From a virus (taxonomy: Duplodnaviria; Caudoviricetes): 64,000 nucleotides of DNA. The notes under the pieces were generated by a model. It searched no databases, had not been told where the DNA came from, and saw only the letters and a program-made list of their open reading frames with translations. Below, piece by piece: positions 19,490-30,050 of this stretch; position 1 is the first letter of the stretch; each line of letters opens with the position of its first letter. The stretch spans positions 1 through 64,000 of IMG/VR virus record IMGVR_UViG_3300042507_002545; one strand, 5' to 3'. The position numbers and the translations under genes were made by a program.

Positions 19490-19662
19490 CCTTTACGCTT
19501 TGGGCTTACTTCAGCAGATTTATTTCCACCGCCTGAGCGACCTTTAGCAACTTTTTGAACTTGTGCTGAAGCATTACCTCCACCAACACGTCCTTTAGCA
19601 ACCTTTTGTACCATAGCTGAAGCGTTAGGATTTTTAACACCGCCAGTCATCATTTTTTTCAT
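19486..19662 (-). CDS. Small basic protein, 58 aa, with internal tandem repeat
   Basis: Manual translation MKKMMTGGVKNP-NASAMVQKVAKGRVGGG-NASAQVQKVAKGRSGGG-NKSAEVSPKRKG; ATGA overlap with the next ORF. Confidence 0.65.
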   Translation of the reverse strand: MKKMMTGGVKNPNASAMVQKVAKGRVGGGNASAQVQKVAKGRSGGGNKSAEVSPKRKG

Positions 19663-19696
19663 TTCTTTAGTTTTAGTATGTTTAATATAAAGATAA

Positions 19697-20716
19697 TTAC
19701 ATATTCCAATACTTCTCCACTTTTTTAGAAATTTGTACTAAAACATCTTCATTAAGTGGGTTTTTAAAGAACTCAACAATCTCAGCTTGGTTTCTTCCTA
19801 ACATTGTATTAGTATCTCTAGTATATATAATTCCATCTGTTTTTGCAACAATAAACTTATAATAAGTAGCATCTTTTACAATTGCTTTAAGCTTAAGTGT
19901 TTCCATGTCAGCGTTTGCAGCATCTAAGAATGTTTGCGCAGCACGTATAGGATTTCTCTCTGTACTATCCCCATTAATAAAGTTATCCATAATATCGTAA
20001 ATGATATCATTAGGAGTAGACTTTTTATATTGGGCACTCGCAATGTCAACAACTTTTGCAACATAGAACAACTTGTTAGTGTTCTTATCATAAAGTTTTT
20101 GCAATTCAGCAAGAGCTTTGTTACGAAGCTTTTTAACTTCAGTTTTAGTTGAAGCAGTTTCTTCATACTTATCTAAATAAAAACGTGCGTTCTTATTCAT
20201 TTTTAATTTAGCATCATCATAGCTTTTTGCTACAATACTAAATCCTCCTGCATTAATTGCGTAAAGCTTAATAAGATCATAAGAATCTTTCTCAGGCTCT
20301 AAAAATACGGGGTCGTTACCACAACGTATTGTTATTTTATTCCAGAACTCATCATTGTCTGGACGTAATAATTTAACTTTATTCCAGAAATCAGGATCTT
20401 CTGGACTTATAACATTTGCAGCTAATTCTTTTTCAAGCTCAGATACAACTGTTCTAATTTCTTTAATCTTTGCTTCACGCTCTTCAGGATCAGCAATTTT
20501 TTTAATCTCAGGAGCAAATTCATTAAGTCCTGTTAGATAACGTTTTACACCATTATTCTCAAGACATGCTAACTGCTCTTCATGGGATACACCTTCAAAA
20601 AGTGTTAAACCATATTTCTCAAGACCCATGTTTGAGTTTTGATTGTTAAAATAAGGTCTAATTGCAATAGGACCTTTCTTAAGGTGTGACACCTTTTCTA
20701 CTAAAGTAAAGCTCAT
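19697..20716 (-). CDS. Conserved crAss-like protein encoded downstream of the major capsid gene
   Basis: 339 aa; RYLTGL...FW motif; conserved post-capsid position. Confidence 0.65.
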   Translation of the reverse strand: MSFTLVEKVSHLKKGPIAIRPYFNNQNSNMGLEKYGLTLFEGVSHEEQLACLENNGVKRYLTGLNEFAPEIKKIADPEEREAKIKEIRTVVSELEKELAANVISPEDPDFWNKVKLLRPDNDEFWNKITIRCGNDPVFLEPEKDSYDLIKLYAINAGGFSIVAKSYDDAKLKMNKNARFYLDKYEETASTKTEVKKLRNKALAELQKLYDKNTNKLFYVAKVVDIASAQYKKSTPNDIIYDIMDNFINGDSTERNPIRAAQTFLDAANADMETLKLKAIVKDATYYKFIVAKTDGIIYTRDTNTMLGRNQAEIVEFFKNPLNEDVLVQISKKVEKYWNM

Positions 20717-20756
20717 AACTTGTTGGTTTTATTTTATTGGTTTTTGTAAAGGTAGT

Positions 20757-20785
20757 AAAAAGGGGGAGGCTTTCAACTCTCCCCC
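20757..20785 (-). terminator. Intrinsic terminator after the major capsid gene
   Basis: GGGGGAG/CTCCCCC stem followed by a U-tract on the minus strand. Confidence 0.75.
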
Positions 20786-20805
20786 AGTTTACATATATTC
20801 TAAGA

Positions 20806-22446
20806 TTAGAATGATCCGCCAGTGATTGGGTTACGCATAACGATTTTCAATACTTTGGTTGGGTCTTTAACCCAGATCGCAGGCATTGTTTGCGTCATGA
20901 ATACACGGTATCCGTTAAATTGTCCAGAGCTTTGGAAACCTTGGGTACGTCCCATGTAATCCATAGTTCCGTTTTGGTACCACCACTTTAATTGATTATC
21001 CCAAGATAACTTCAACAAGAAGATGTTGTCATTAGTGTTATCAGTGATATCAAAGATAATGAATGAGTAAGAAGACAATGGGAAACCATCAATGATTGGG
21101 TTTTCAATGTCATTGGTGTGTAAGTTATCAAACGCTGGGTTCAACACAAACTTCACGTTAGCCAAGAATGGGATAACATAAGAAGTGAATGCAAATCCGT
21201 AGTTCAAGTCCATACCTTTACCAGTGATTGCTCCAATACCGTTGTTTTCAGCAGCTTGGATCAACAATCCTGAAGCCATAGCCTCACGCTTGATTGCTTC
21301 GTTAACCATGCGCATACCGCCCATACCGGTTTGTACAATCAATTGACGCTTAGGATCTGGACCTTGGAATTCAACCTTACCTGCGTAGAAGTTGTAAAGC
21401 TCAGAACGGAATAAGTCAAGGTTGAAGTTAGACTTGTTGTAGATGCGCTTGAATGAGTTATCTAATTGCTTCCAAAGACCCACAGATAAACGCAAGTCAT
21501 CTGGACCGTCTTGACGTACACGTCCACCTTGTCCCCACATTAAGTAGGTCTCGATGTCATTAGCTACTTTAGTCAAGTGAGCTGCTTCCATTGTAGTCAT
21601 GAAAGTACGAGACAATGAACCATTACCCATTGCACGCTTAACATAATCCTTACCCATGCGAGAAACCATGTTGTCAAGGTTAGCGATAGATGGATCAATG
21701 TTCTTGTCAAAGTTACGCCAGATTTCTACTACTGGTACAGTACCATCTGCATTCATACCACCCTTGATCATAAGATCTGCGCGAGATGAAATAGAATAGT
21801 GTACGTGTGCCTCAGCTCCTCCTACGAAGTTGTAGAACTCGCGGAAACCTGTTGCAGTAACGATGTCTGAGAAACGCTCTCCATACTCGCCACGTGCAGA
21901 ACCTTTACGGAAGATTTTAGTACCTGGTGCAAGGATAGAAGTATCCAAACCATAACTATTATCATTGTTTACTAATTGTACGGTGTAAACAAAACCGTCA
22001 CCTACTGGAACAATGTCATCAACAGTGATGTACATCTCAGCACCGTTGTACTTGTCATAAGTGATGATATCACCATGTCCAAATTCACGACGTGAAATTT
22101 TGATTTGGAAAGTAGTACCATCAGCACCAAGTGTTAATGATTCACCTTCACTATCTGATGTTAAAACTTCGTCAACAATGTAAGGAAGATCCATTACAAT
22201 TGGCGTTTGCCACTTGTACTCTCCACGAGCATTATCAACATTAATTACGTTCTTTCCACCAAAGCTAGACATTTGGTACAAAGGCATTTCTACCTTTTGC
22301 GCCATTGCCCAAAGATCTACTGGTCCTAAATCCATAGGTTCAGCATTCTTGAGCATGTTAACCAAGTGGTAAGAATCTACGTGTGAACTAGCTGCGTAGT
22401 TGGTATCGCGTAGAAATATACCATTGTTTAAAACTGGAGTTGCCAT
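20806..22446 (-). CDS. Major capsid protein
   Basis: 546 aa; EYKWQ, LMWGQG, GLWKQL, TGMGGM and IWVKDPTK motifs of crAss-like capsid proteins; strong codon bias; order portal-scaffold-capsid. Confidence 0.9.
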   Translation of the reverse strand: MATPVLNNGIFLRDTNYAASSHVDSYHLVNMLKNAEPMDLGPVDLWAMAQKVEMPLYQMSSFGGKNVINVDNARGEYKWQTPIVMDLPYIVDEVLTSDSEGESLTLGADGTTFQIKISRREFGHGDIITYDKYNGAEMYITVDDIVPVGDGFVYTVQLVNNDNSYGLDTSILAPGTKIFRKGSARGEYGERFSDIVTATGFREFYNFVGGAEAHVHYSISSRADLMIKGGMNADGTVPVVEIWRNFDKNIDPSIANLDNMVSRMGKDYVKRAMGNGSLSRTFMTTMEAAHLTKVANDIETYLMWGQGGRVRQDGPDDLRLSVGLWKQLDNSFKRIYNKSNFNLDLFRSELYNFYAGKVEFQGPDPKRQLIVQTGMGGMRMVNEAIKREAMASGLLIQAAENNGIGAITGKGMDLNYGFAFTSYVIPFLANVKFVLNPAFDNLHTNDIENPIIDGFPLSSYSFIIFDITDNTNDNIFLLKLSWDNQLKWWYQNGTMDYMGRTQGFQSSGQFNGYRVFMTQTMPAIWVKDPTKVLKIVMRNPITGGSF

Positions 22447-22472
22447 GTTTTTTTTGTTTATTTAAGGGTTAA

Positions 22473-23678
22473 TTATCGTTTAAAAAAGCTATCGTTTCTA
22501 GGAATACGGCGTTGTACTTTCTCCTCGCTTTCAACTACTGGAGAACTTATAGTGCGTCGTGCTTCCTCGGTTTTTAATTGGCGCACAGTTTTTTCAACTT
22601 GTGCTTGTTTACCTTGATCTTTAATTCTTGCTTTATAACCATCTGGGTCAGAAAGCAACCATAAAGCCTCAGCAATTAAGTCATGTCTTGGCTCAACATA
22701 TTGGTATTTCTCCAATAAGTGTCCTAACATGTTAGTTGGTTTACCTGAAATAGAAGGGTAGTTAGGTTGAACAAGACCCGCATATAACATACCTTGTGTC
22801 TTTTTATCTAACTTCACTCCACCAAGATCACCATTCTTTAATGTTTCATACACATTGTGCATGTATTGTTGAGCTGCTTGCTGCTGTTGTTTTTTCATAT
22901 GCTCTTGTTGAGCAAGTTTTTGAGCAACAACATGTTCTTGCATTTTATCCAACTTTGGCTTAAACTTAAGAGCCTTAGCTTGTAAGTCTCCGCGATCACG
23001 CCATTGATCAATTTCTTCTTCAATCTCGTCTTCATTACCAAAGTTGGTAGCTCTTAAGTATTCACGTACTATATATTCTTGATCATTTTTATCTCTAGGA
23101 TCAAGTTGGCGATGTTCTTCAACTTCCGCCAAAATTCTAAATAGTCCGCGAAGATCTTCTCCACCATCTGCTACATATTTAGCAGCGGCTTGCAACTCTT
23201 CAGGTAGTGCTTCAAAAAATTCACGAGGTGTATCCTGGCGAACTTTGTTTTCACGTTCACTGAAGTTTGCTTCAAGAAGCTCTTCAAAATCTTTTAGTGT
23301 ATACTCTTCAATAGGCTTATCATCATCAAAAGGTACAATTTGTCCTTTGTCAATAAGTTTCTTTACAAGTTCAGCTGTTCCACTTTTATCTAACTTAGGA
23401 CGTCCTGTTGCTTTTGGCGCATCAACATCATCACCATCATCTTTAAGTGGTTCATCTAAAAGACTATCTACTTCTGTTTTAGAAATAGTTTTTTCTTTTT
23501 CTTCATCATCCTCCTCATTAGGAGTGTCAAGGAACGAGGTGTCAACTTTGGGATCCGTGAACACCGACGGCTTTTTTTCTTCAGGAAGCATGATGTTATC
23601 AGCTCCTGGAATTCCCAATAATTCATCGAGGTTAACTTCAACTTGTGAAACCTCTGTAGTTTCTTTTTCTGTAGACAT
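22473..23678 (-). CDS. Putative scaffold/prohead-associated acidic protein
   Basis: Very acidic N-terminus and coiled coil; lies between portal and capsid genes. Confidence 0.65.
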   Translation of the reverse strand: MSTEKETTEVSQVEVNLDELLGIPGADNIMLPEEKKPSVFTDPKVDTSFLDTPNEEDDEEKEKTISKTEVDSLLDEPLKDDGDDVDAPKATGRPKLDKSGTAELVKKLIDKGQIVPFDDDKPIEEYTLKDFEELLEANFSERENKVRQDTPREFFEALPEELQAAAKYVADGGEDLRGLFRILAEVEEHRQLDPRDKNDQEYIVREYLRATNFGNEDEIEEEIDQWRDRGDLQAKALKFKPKLDKMQEHVVAQKLAQQEHMKKQQQQAAQQYMHNVYETLKNGDLGGVKLDKKTQGMLYAGLVQPNYPSISGKPTNMLGHLLEKYQYVEPRHDLIAEALWLLSDPDGYKARIKDQGKQAQVEKTVRQLKTEEARRTISSPVVESEEKVQRRIPRNDSFFKR

Positions 23679-23789
23679 GTTTGTTGGTTTTAGTATTAAT
23701 GTCCTATTAACAATATACGCAAATCTATTTAAATAAATTTAATAAGTTTTAATGTTGCAAAAAAAATTCGGCATTAGATAGCTATACCC

Positions 23790-26546
23790 TTATTTCTTCT
23801 TCTTTTCAGTGTTCTTTTTTTGCGCATCAAACTTGTTTTTATTCTCCATTGCAATAGCTAATTGGTTATCTGAGATCTGTTTTTGTACAGCTAATTTTTC
23901 ACGTTCAAGATCCATTTTAGCTGCTTCATTTCTTGTGCGATTACCTTCCTTCTCACGCTGTAACCCCATTGCTTGCTGGTATTCTTCACCTTTTTGAATT
24001 TTCTCAAGCATATCGGCATAGTCACTTTGCATGTTCTGATTCATATCTTGCATAGCTCCATAACCTGCAGATCTAATCTCAGCCTCAATAATTCTAGCTT
24101 CACGGTCTTTTTGATTTTCACTAGCTTCAAACTCCATCTTCTGGCGAGCTTCATCCTGTCTAGCTTTAATTTGTTGCTCTTGCATTTGTTGTTGCTGTTG
24201 CATTTCCTCTTGTCTTTGTTGCTCCATGCGCTCATCAGACTTCTTAAGGATTTGATCAACCTCAGCAATAGACTCAGCCTTCATGATGTTACCTAAATCA
24301 TAGATACTAGCACCTGAAGTATTATTCTGGATAGCTAATTGTTTAAGTTGTTCAAGAACAGCTCTATGATTAGCCTTAGTAGTACAGAAAACATTAAGAT
24401 CTCTTAATAGTAAATCTGTACCATTCATCTCAAAGTTCTTTGTTTCTTCGGTGTTAGTGATATATCTAAGACGTAGTGACGGCTTAGTTGAATGGTAATG
24501 CTGAGCCAAGTCCGTGCGCATTTGGTGTACACGCGGCATCAAGTAATCTGAGTGCTGTACAAATAGCATTTCAGTTTGCGCATAAGATCCTGATACAGCT
24601 TGCTCAACGCCGGTTGCTGTATTAGTTTGCCCAATTTGTTGACCCATACGCTGTGGTGTAATACCAATTACCTCAAAGGCCTGTTGCTTAAAGTAATTAG
24701 CCAACTGGATACGAGTCATTAAACGGTTACTTTGCTCAAGGTCAAGCTTTTGATAATGTTGGAAAGCAAGTGGATTTTCCGTATTAGTAATAGAAGTATC
24801 CAATGGTAACATCTGGAAGTTCTTCATTGCTACATACGCCTTGGCTAAGTTATTCTTTCCCCAATCCTCTCCTAATGAGTGACGAGGTAAAGAGTTTTGA
24901 TCTAACAAGATTACTGTACCAAGTTCATCTACAAGGATATCCGCAATCTGGTTATTAACAATATTATACCCAATTTGGTAAGGCTTCATTAAATCTACAA
25001 GAGCTACAGATCTTGTATTACGGTCTGAGAACACGGAACCTTCTATAGGTAACTTGCAACCATACAATGAATTGTCACCCTTGAATTGGAACTTCATAGG
25101 CGCAATATTGTTTTGGTTCATTCCTAAATATATTGGATTAATACCTCCAGGAGATTTAGTTCCCCAGAACGATGGGTGATGTGGGCCAATTTTAACTCCA
25201 CCCCATACTTCATTAATCCAAATCCAATCTATATGCTCACCAAATACTAAGTTATCCTTAGTCTTATTTTTTACAAGACGGGTATTATAAATAGGTTTAT
25301 CTACAACTTTATAGTCTTCAGTTACAATATCTTGTTGTACTGTACCATCATCATAAATTTTAGTAAGGTGTCCTATTTTACGTTGAGACTTCCAATATGC
25401 TGTAGTAACACGTAATAAGTTAACTTGTCCAAAATCAAAAAAGTCTTCTGTATCACGCATGATCCAGTTGACAATATCACCACCAACTAATGTATTATCC
25501 CACATAGATGTGTATTGGCGGTACCCTAAAGACGGCATTTGTGTATTCCAGTCATGAGTCTTGGTACCATCGTAGTAGCTACCATCATTTTGATAACCCT
25601 GAATAGGATAACCTGCAGAACGCACTGGATAAATGGCCTCAAGACTTTCTAGTTGCTCTTGTGTCATTAACCAACCATAGGCATCAATAACATCCGCTAC
25701 AGTCATCATATCAAATTTACCTACCCAGCTAGCATCTGACATGTAGCGGATCTCAGGTGACTTGTGATAAAATGTAAGAATAGGATTCCATAATTCAATT
25801 TGGTAATCATCTTCCATCATCTTAAAGTGCCAGAACTCGCGGTCTGTAATAAGCATATCACGGAATCCGCGTTCTTCTAACTCATCCATTTTAAATCTCT
25901 CGGTATCAACTTGAAGCTGATGCTCAGCCCATTGCTCTACCATTGACTTATATGTCTTGCTAAAATAACTTTCAATTTGGGGTAATGACTTAATGCTTTC
26001 AGGAGCCATTGCTTGTTGATATTGTTCACTATCTTCAGCAAGTCCCATTTGAGATAATGTTAATCTCATTTGCTCTTCAGCATCAGTTATAATTGCTTTT
26101 TCTAATTCAGCACGCTTAAGCTCTAACATCTCATTATAAGATGTTTCATCAACTCCTCTAAATGTAACACGAGTATTGCGTTTTGCAAACTCTGCTACAA
26201 GGGTATTAATTACGTTAGGAATAATAGGATAAAACTTGAGCTCTAATGCACTTACGTCTTCCTTAGTTAAAGTTTCAATAAGATCTGCATACTCATTATC
26301 CTCTTCTACAATGTAGTCACTCTTATCTATAATACCTTTTGCAAGCTTATAGTTCTTTAAGAAGCGACGTGCATTTCTACGCACTACGCGTAAGCCTTGC
26401 CATTCTAGCCAGTCTAGGTTCCAGTTAGCCCAGTCTTTATCTTTTTTATCTTTAGGTAAAAACTGGATAGGTTGATTAAGAGTACCCATTTTGTTGTACT
26501 CAACCTTGGCTCCCGCCTTTACCTGCATGGCATTATATATTTCCAT
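23790..26546 (-). CDS. Portal protein
   Basis: 918 aa; YPIIPNVINTLVAE, WIWINEVWGG, KPYQIGYNI and GITPQRMG motifs; Gln-rich C-terminal coil; follows terminase. Confidence 0.9.
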   Translation of the reverse strand: MEIYNAMQVKAGAKVEYNKMGTLNQPIQFLPKDKKDKDWANWNLDWLEWQGLRVVRRNARRFLKNYKLAKGIIDKSDYIVEEDNEYADLIETLTKEDVSALELKFYPIIPNVINTLVAEFAKRNTRVTFRGVDETSYNEMLELKRAELEKAIITDAEEQMRLTLSQMGLAEDSEQYQQAMAPESIKSLPQIESYFSKTYKSMVEQWAEHQLQVDTERFKMDELEERGFRDMLITDREFWHFKMMEDDYQIELWNPILTFYHKSPEIRYMSDASWVGKFDMMTVADVIDAYGWLMTQEQLESLEAIYPVRSAGYPIQGYQNDGSYYDGTKTHDWNTQMPSLGYRQYTSMWDNTLVGGDIVNWIMRDTEDFFDFGQVNLLRVTTAYWKSQRKIGHLTKIYDDGTVQQDIVTEDYKVVDKPIYNTRLVKNKTKDNLVFGEHIDWIWINEVWGGVKIGPHHPSFWGTKSPGGINPIYLGMNQNNIAPMKFQFKGDNSLYGCKLPIEGSVFSDRNTRSVALVDLMKPYQIGYNIVNNQIADILVDELGTVILLDQNSLPRHSLGEDWGKNNLAKAYVAMKNFQMLPLDTSITNTENPLAFQHYQKLDLEQSNRLMTRIQLANYFKQQAFEVIGITPQRMGQQIGQTNTATGVEQAVSGSYAQTEMLFVQHSDYLMPRVHQMRTDLAQHYHSTKPSLRLRYITNTEETKNFEMNGTDLLLRDLNVFCTTKANHRAVLEQLKQLAIQNNTSGASIYDLGNIMKAESIAEVDQILKKSDERMEQQRQEEMQQQQQMQEQQIKARQDEARQKMEFEASENQKDREARIIEAEIRSAGYGAMQDMNQNMQSDYADMLEKIQKGEEYQQAMGLQREKEGNRTRNEAAKMDLEREKLAVQKQISDNQLAIAMENKNKFDAQKKNTEKKKK

Positions 26547-26549
26547 AGC

Positions 26550-28763
26550 TTATCTTAAGTTTTTAAATGCTTGTCTTGGTAATTTCATACCATTAAAAGT
26601 ATGGCCCCCACCGCCAATGTGACGAAAAGGGCTCTTATTTAATTTACTGAATTTATTAGAGTTATCCAAGTTTTTTGCCAACCCAGTTTCCTCATAACGC
26701 TTTTTATAACCCCTATTTGCTTGTTGCACTTTAGCAAAAGCAATTAATGCTGCAAATGATACAAGTCTATCCACGTTGACCCCATCACGATATGCCATCA
26801 TCTCTTTCATCAACATAACATCTGGTATACGTTCTATACCATAAGTTGTTTTAACAACTTTACCATCATCTGTAGTTTCTTGATGAAGCTCTTCTCTTAT
26901 GAATTCAATAGCATAACTTATCATATGACTTTTAAATAAAGTCCCTGTATTACGCCATCCATATTCCTGAAACACATTCGCATTAGCACCAATATCTTTT
27001 AAAAATAAAATTTGACTTCGTGGTACAAGATAGCGCTGTTTTTTTCTATGAATCATATGTTGAATAAATAAACTAATATTGTTTTCAACAATTGTCCAAG
27101 CGTTATACCACTCAACAATCATCTCAAGACGCTCGTGAGTTTTTGCTATATCATCAAAGCGGCCGCACCAAGCAGCTACTATTTTATCATTTTCAATAAA
27201 AGTTTCTACTTTTTCACCATCATTACGCGTTACCTCAACTGCTGTTTTATAAACATAAATAGAACATAGAGATTCTGAGGTTGTAGTTTTTCCTTCACCA
27301 ACGGGGTCAATGCTTGCATAGTACATCCCAAACTCAGGATCTTTGCAAGGTCTTTCCCATACTACCAAAGTACCGGTTTTATCCTCAGTATTTTTAGTAA
27401 TAGGAAATTCTGTAATAGGTAGCTTATTAGTTTCTCGTGTAGCTATTTGCCCCTTGTCATCCCTATAGATATCTAAAAATTCATAGGAATACATTTTATC
27501 TTCTATTCTTCTTATCTGAGCAGTAACTAAATGACCTGGGAATACTGATACAGTTCTAAAGTCAAATGCTTCTTTAATATTTCTAGGGTGCTGAGAAATA
27601 CGGAGTTGGTATTCCTGCGGATCTAATTCTTTTTTCCAAGTAGCAAATTGCTCATCTAATGCCTTTAGCGATTCTTCTACTTTAGAATTACCGTACTCGT
27701 CAATAAATGGTGGCATTGACCATTGTTCAGGAATAAATAAACCTGTTCTACCTATTTGTCCAGTTTCATCTATTAAGTTAGATTCTACTGAGTATATATC
27801 ATTTGCGTCTGGGCGCGTAATCATTTTCTTTAAAGGTTCACACTGAGATAAATCCCCCACAGATCCTGCTGCTATAAACATACCTGTAGTCATGAAACCT
27901 GATTTCATAGCAGGGCGGATATACTCAAATGTTGTATCCATCTTAGGAGCAATACCAGCTTCCTCGTGGAAGAAGTATTTGCATGGTCCCCCTACCCCGT
28001 TAGTCGGATCTTTTTCAAAGGACATCCCTTGCATTACGCCTTTGAGACCTACTTCCGATTTACGCTTGCTTAGTGGATCTACAGTTTCAATCTTCTGCTG
28101 CCACATCATAACCTTATTAGGGTTCATAGGGCGGTACCATGCTGTATGTTTATTTAAGAAAGCCTCGTATTCATTTAAGAATTTCCATGTGCCTTTCTCA
28201 TTGATATAGTCTTTAAGACTAGCCCCCATCTTTAGGGTAATACCTTCCTCAAACCATATTTGATTAATAAGTTTACCAGCATGAAAATAGCTAGATGCAA
28301 TTTGACGTTTCTTTAATATTGCAGAATGTTTATAGTTTAATTCTGCAAGTATCTCATATAGTGCCATGTGATATTGTGCATCACGTACATCAGCAAAACC
28401 AAACCTTTGAGTCTCCTTATTAAATATCGGTAGGAAGTTCAGCCACATATAGTAATCACGAGGTATATACCACGCATTACCATTATTTTTATAAATAGCA
28501 CCTACCTTACATTTATTCTTTTGATCATTCCAATAAATAATAAAGTCTTTAGTTCCTTGAGGCGCTTTACAATAAAATCCAATATCATTAAATATCCTAG
28601 CTTGCTCATTGAACATTTTGCTGACATCATCAAATTGGTATTGACCAGGCTCTTTAAATATACTTTCTACAAATTCCTTAAAATCATTACGAGTAAGAAA
28701 AGTAGTCACTGACCACTCCCCATTTTCCCATGTAGGAATTTCTATATTATATTCTTTTAGCAT
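26550..28763 (-). CDS. terL: Terminase large subunit
   Basis: Walker A-like LKKRQIASS, Walker B FFHEEAG, nuclease YYASIDPV, IVENN and C-terminal DRLVS. Confidence 0.92.
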   Translation of the reverse strand: MLKEYNIEIPTWENGEWSVTTFLTRNDFKEFVESIFKEPGQYQFDDVSKMFNEQARIFNDIGFYCKAPQGTKDFIIYWNDQKNKCKVGAIYKNNGNAWYIPRDYYMWLNFLPIFNKETQRFGFADVRDAQYHMALYEILAELNYKHSAILKKRQIASSYFHAGKLINQIWFEEGITLKMGASLKDYINEKGTWKFLNEYEAFLNKHTAWYRPMNPNKVMMWQQKIETVDPLSKRKSEVGLKGVMQGMSFEKDPTNGVGGPCKYFFHEEAGIAPKMDTTFEYIRPAMKSGFMTTGMFIAAGSVGDLSQCEPLKKMITRPDANDIYSVESNLIDETGQIGRTGLFIPEQWSMPPFIDEYGNSKVEESLKALDEQFATWKKELDPQEYQLRISQHPRNIKEAFDFRTVSVFPGHLVTAQIRRIEDKMYSYEFLDIYRDDKGQIATRETNKLPITEFPITKNTEDKTGTLVVWERPCKDPEFGMYYASIDPVGEGKTTTSESLCSIYVYKTAVEVTRNDGEKVETFIENDKIVAAWCGRFDDIAKTHERLEMIVEWYNAWTIVENNISLFIQHMIHRKKQRYLVPRSQILFLKDIGANANVFQEYGWRNTGTLFKSHMISYAIEFIREELHQETTDDGKVVKTTYGIERIPDVMLMKEMMAYRDGVNVDRLVSFAALIAFAKVQQANRGYKKRYEETGLAKNLDNSNKFSKLNKSPFRHIGGGGHTFNGMKLPRQAFKNLR

Positions 28764-28929
28764 GCTTCTTTTTTAGACTATGTAATAAGTCTTTTAGTTC
28801 TTTAAAACCTCTAGGTTTTGCTTGCCCATTAAGATAAGATTCAACATCCTCTCTACGGACAGCATACCATTTTTCTTGAAAGATGTTATAGTGTAACAAG
28901 TAATCATAAAGGTAATCACATTTGGTCAT
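28747..28929 (-). CDS. Hypothetical protein, about 60 aa
   Basis: Likely start MTKCDYLYDY at 28929; the upstream extension in the ORF track overlaps the neighbouring gene. Confidence 0.55.
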   Translation of the reverse strand: MTKCDYLYDYLLHYNIFQEKWYAVRREDVESYLNGQAKPRGFKELKDLLHSLKKKHAKRI

Positions 28930-29434
28930 ATGCGAGCCCCGCCCCGCCTCGAGCACGGCTCGCCTGCTCTTCCTGGAGGTCTTTGTACGCGCCTTTGTAG
29001 GCTTCGCGGATTTGCTGGAATTTTGCTGCTGTGTTTGTAAGCGCTGTGATGTTACCGTCTCTTCCATCTGTGATACTTGTTGTGGCCATGTAGTTTGCTA
29101 AACGGTCAAGCATTTGCTTAATACCATTATACGCCCTCATGGTCGGGGTTTCATATAATTGTTTACAAAGCTCTAATGCGCCTGGGATACCGTCATCCTC
29201 AGAACTAAACTCTGCTTTTATCTCCGCTAATATAATCTCTTCTTTGTCATCTTCAGCAAGATTAAAAAAAGGATTTAAGTCTGGGTTAGGACAAGTCATG
29301 TAAAACAAATACTGGTATATCTTTAAGTAATCCTCTGGATAATCATCCATGATTTTCTTAAGAGTACTTATTGTATAACAATGTTCTGTAGGTACAATTA
29401 CATTGTTTTGTATATCAAATAATTTAACGATCAT
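28916..29434 (-). CDS. Conserved crAss-like protein, possible terminase small subunit
   Basis: 172 aa, helical, C-terminal ARGG motif, located just upstream of terL. Confidence 0.5.
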   Translation of the reverse strand: MIVKLFDIQNNVIVPTEHCYTISTLKKIMDDYPEDYLKIYQYLFYMTCPNPDLNPFFNLAEDDKEEIILAEIKAEFSSEDDGIPGALELCKQLYETPTMRAYNGIKQMLDRLANYMATTSITDGRDGNITALTNTAAKFQQIREAYKGAYKDLQEEQASRARGGAGLAYDQM

Positions 29435-30050
29435 CTTTATCTACGTTATAATAAAAACTATTAGTTTCTTCTGTAATCCATCTATTAGATACGCTTTCTA
29501 CAGATGGTAATGTTGTATCTACCTTTATTTCTTTTGGATCTACAGGAAAAGGTTTAGTTACCCAATTACTATCTCTCCAAAATATTCTATTATTTGGCTG
29601 ACATAATAAATAGCCATCATCAGCTACTAATATGTGTCCACATTTATAGTCGCTAGCTTCATCAGAATAAGGATTATTATACCAATCAATAGTAAACATA
29701 TATGTTGCCCAAATAAAACTTTTGTCTTTAAGTATAACTTGACACTTCTTTTCTTTAAGATGTTCATAGCTAGTAACACTTACATTCTCAGAAAAACAAT
29801 CCCATAATTGCTTCATGTGAAAATCTATATCACTAGTAGGCTCCTTTATATATATTTCTGATATAGGTACCCGAGATCTTACCATACCATAATCAGTCAT
29901 TACATGAAAAGTAAGTATCTTAGTTGTAATAGATTGAATACCAAAAGCGTATGCATTGTGGTATACATTATCATCCTCCGATTTTTTAGTAAAGTGAGAA
30001 GCTTTTACTAAACACTTAAAAGACGGTATATTTTCATTAAGCTTTGACAT
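29424..30050 (-). CDS. Conserved phage hypothetical protein
   Basis: 208 aa with LWDCFS, YMFTIDW, KCGH and QPNNRIFW motifs; translationally coupled to its neighbours. Confidence 0.6.
   Translation of the reverse strand: MSKLNENIPSFKCLVKASHFTKKSEDDNVYHNAYAFGIQSITTKILTFHVMTDYGMVRSRVPISEIYIKEPTSDIDFHMKQLWDCFSENVSVTSYEHLKEKKCQVILKDKSFIWATYMFTIDWYNNPYSDEASDYKCGHILVADDGYLLCQPNNRIFWRDSNWVTKPFPVDPKEIKVDTTLPSVESVSNRWITEETNSFYYNVDKDDR

Noticed and set aside
23790-28763. Intron or intein in terminase or portal
   Set aside because: Both ORFs are continuous, with no intein splice motifs or homing-endonuclease motifs evident.
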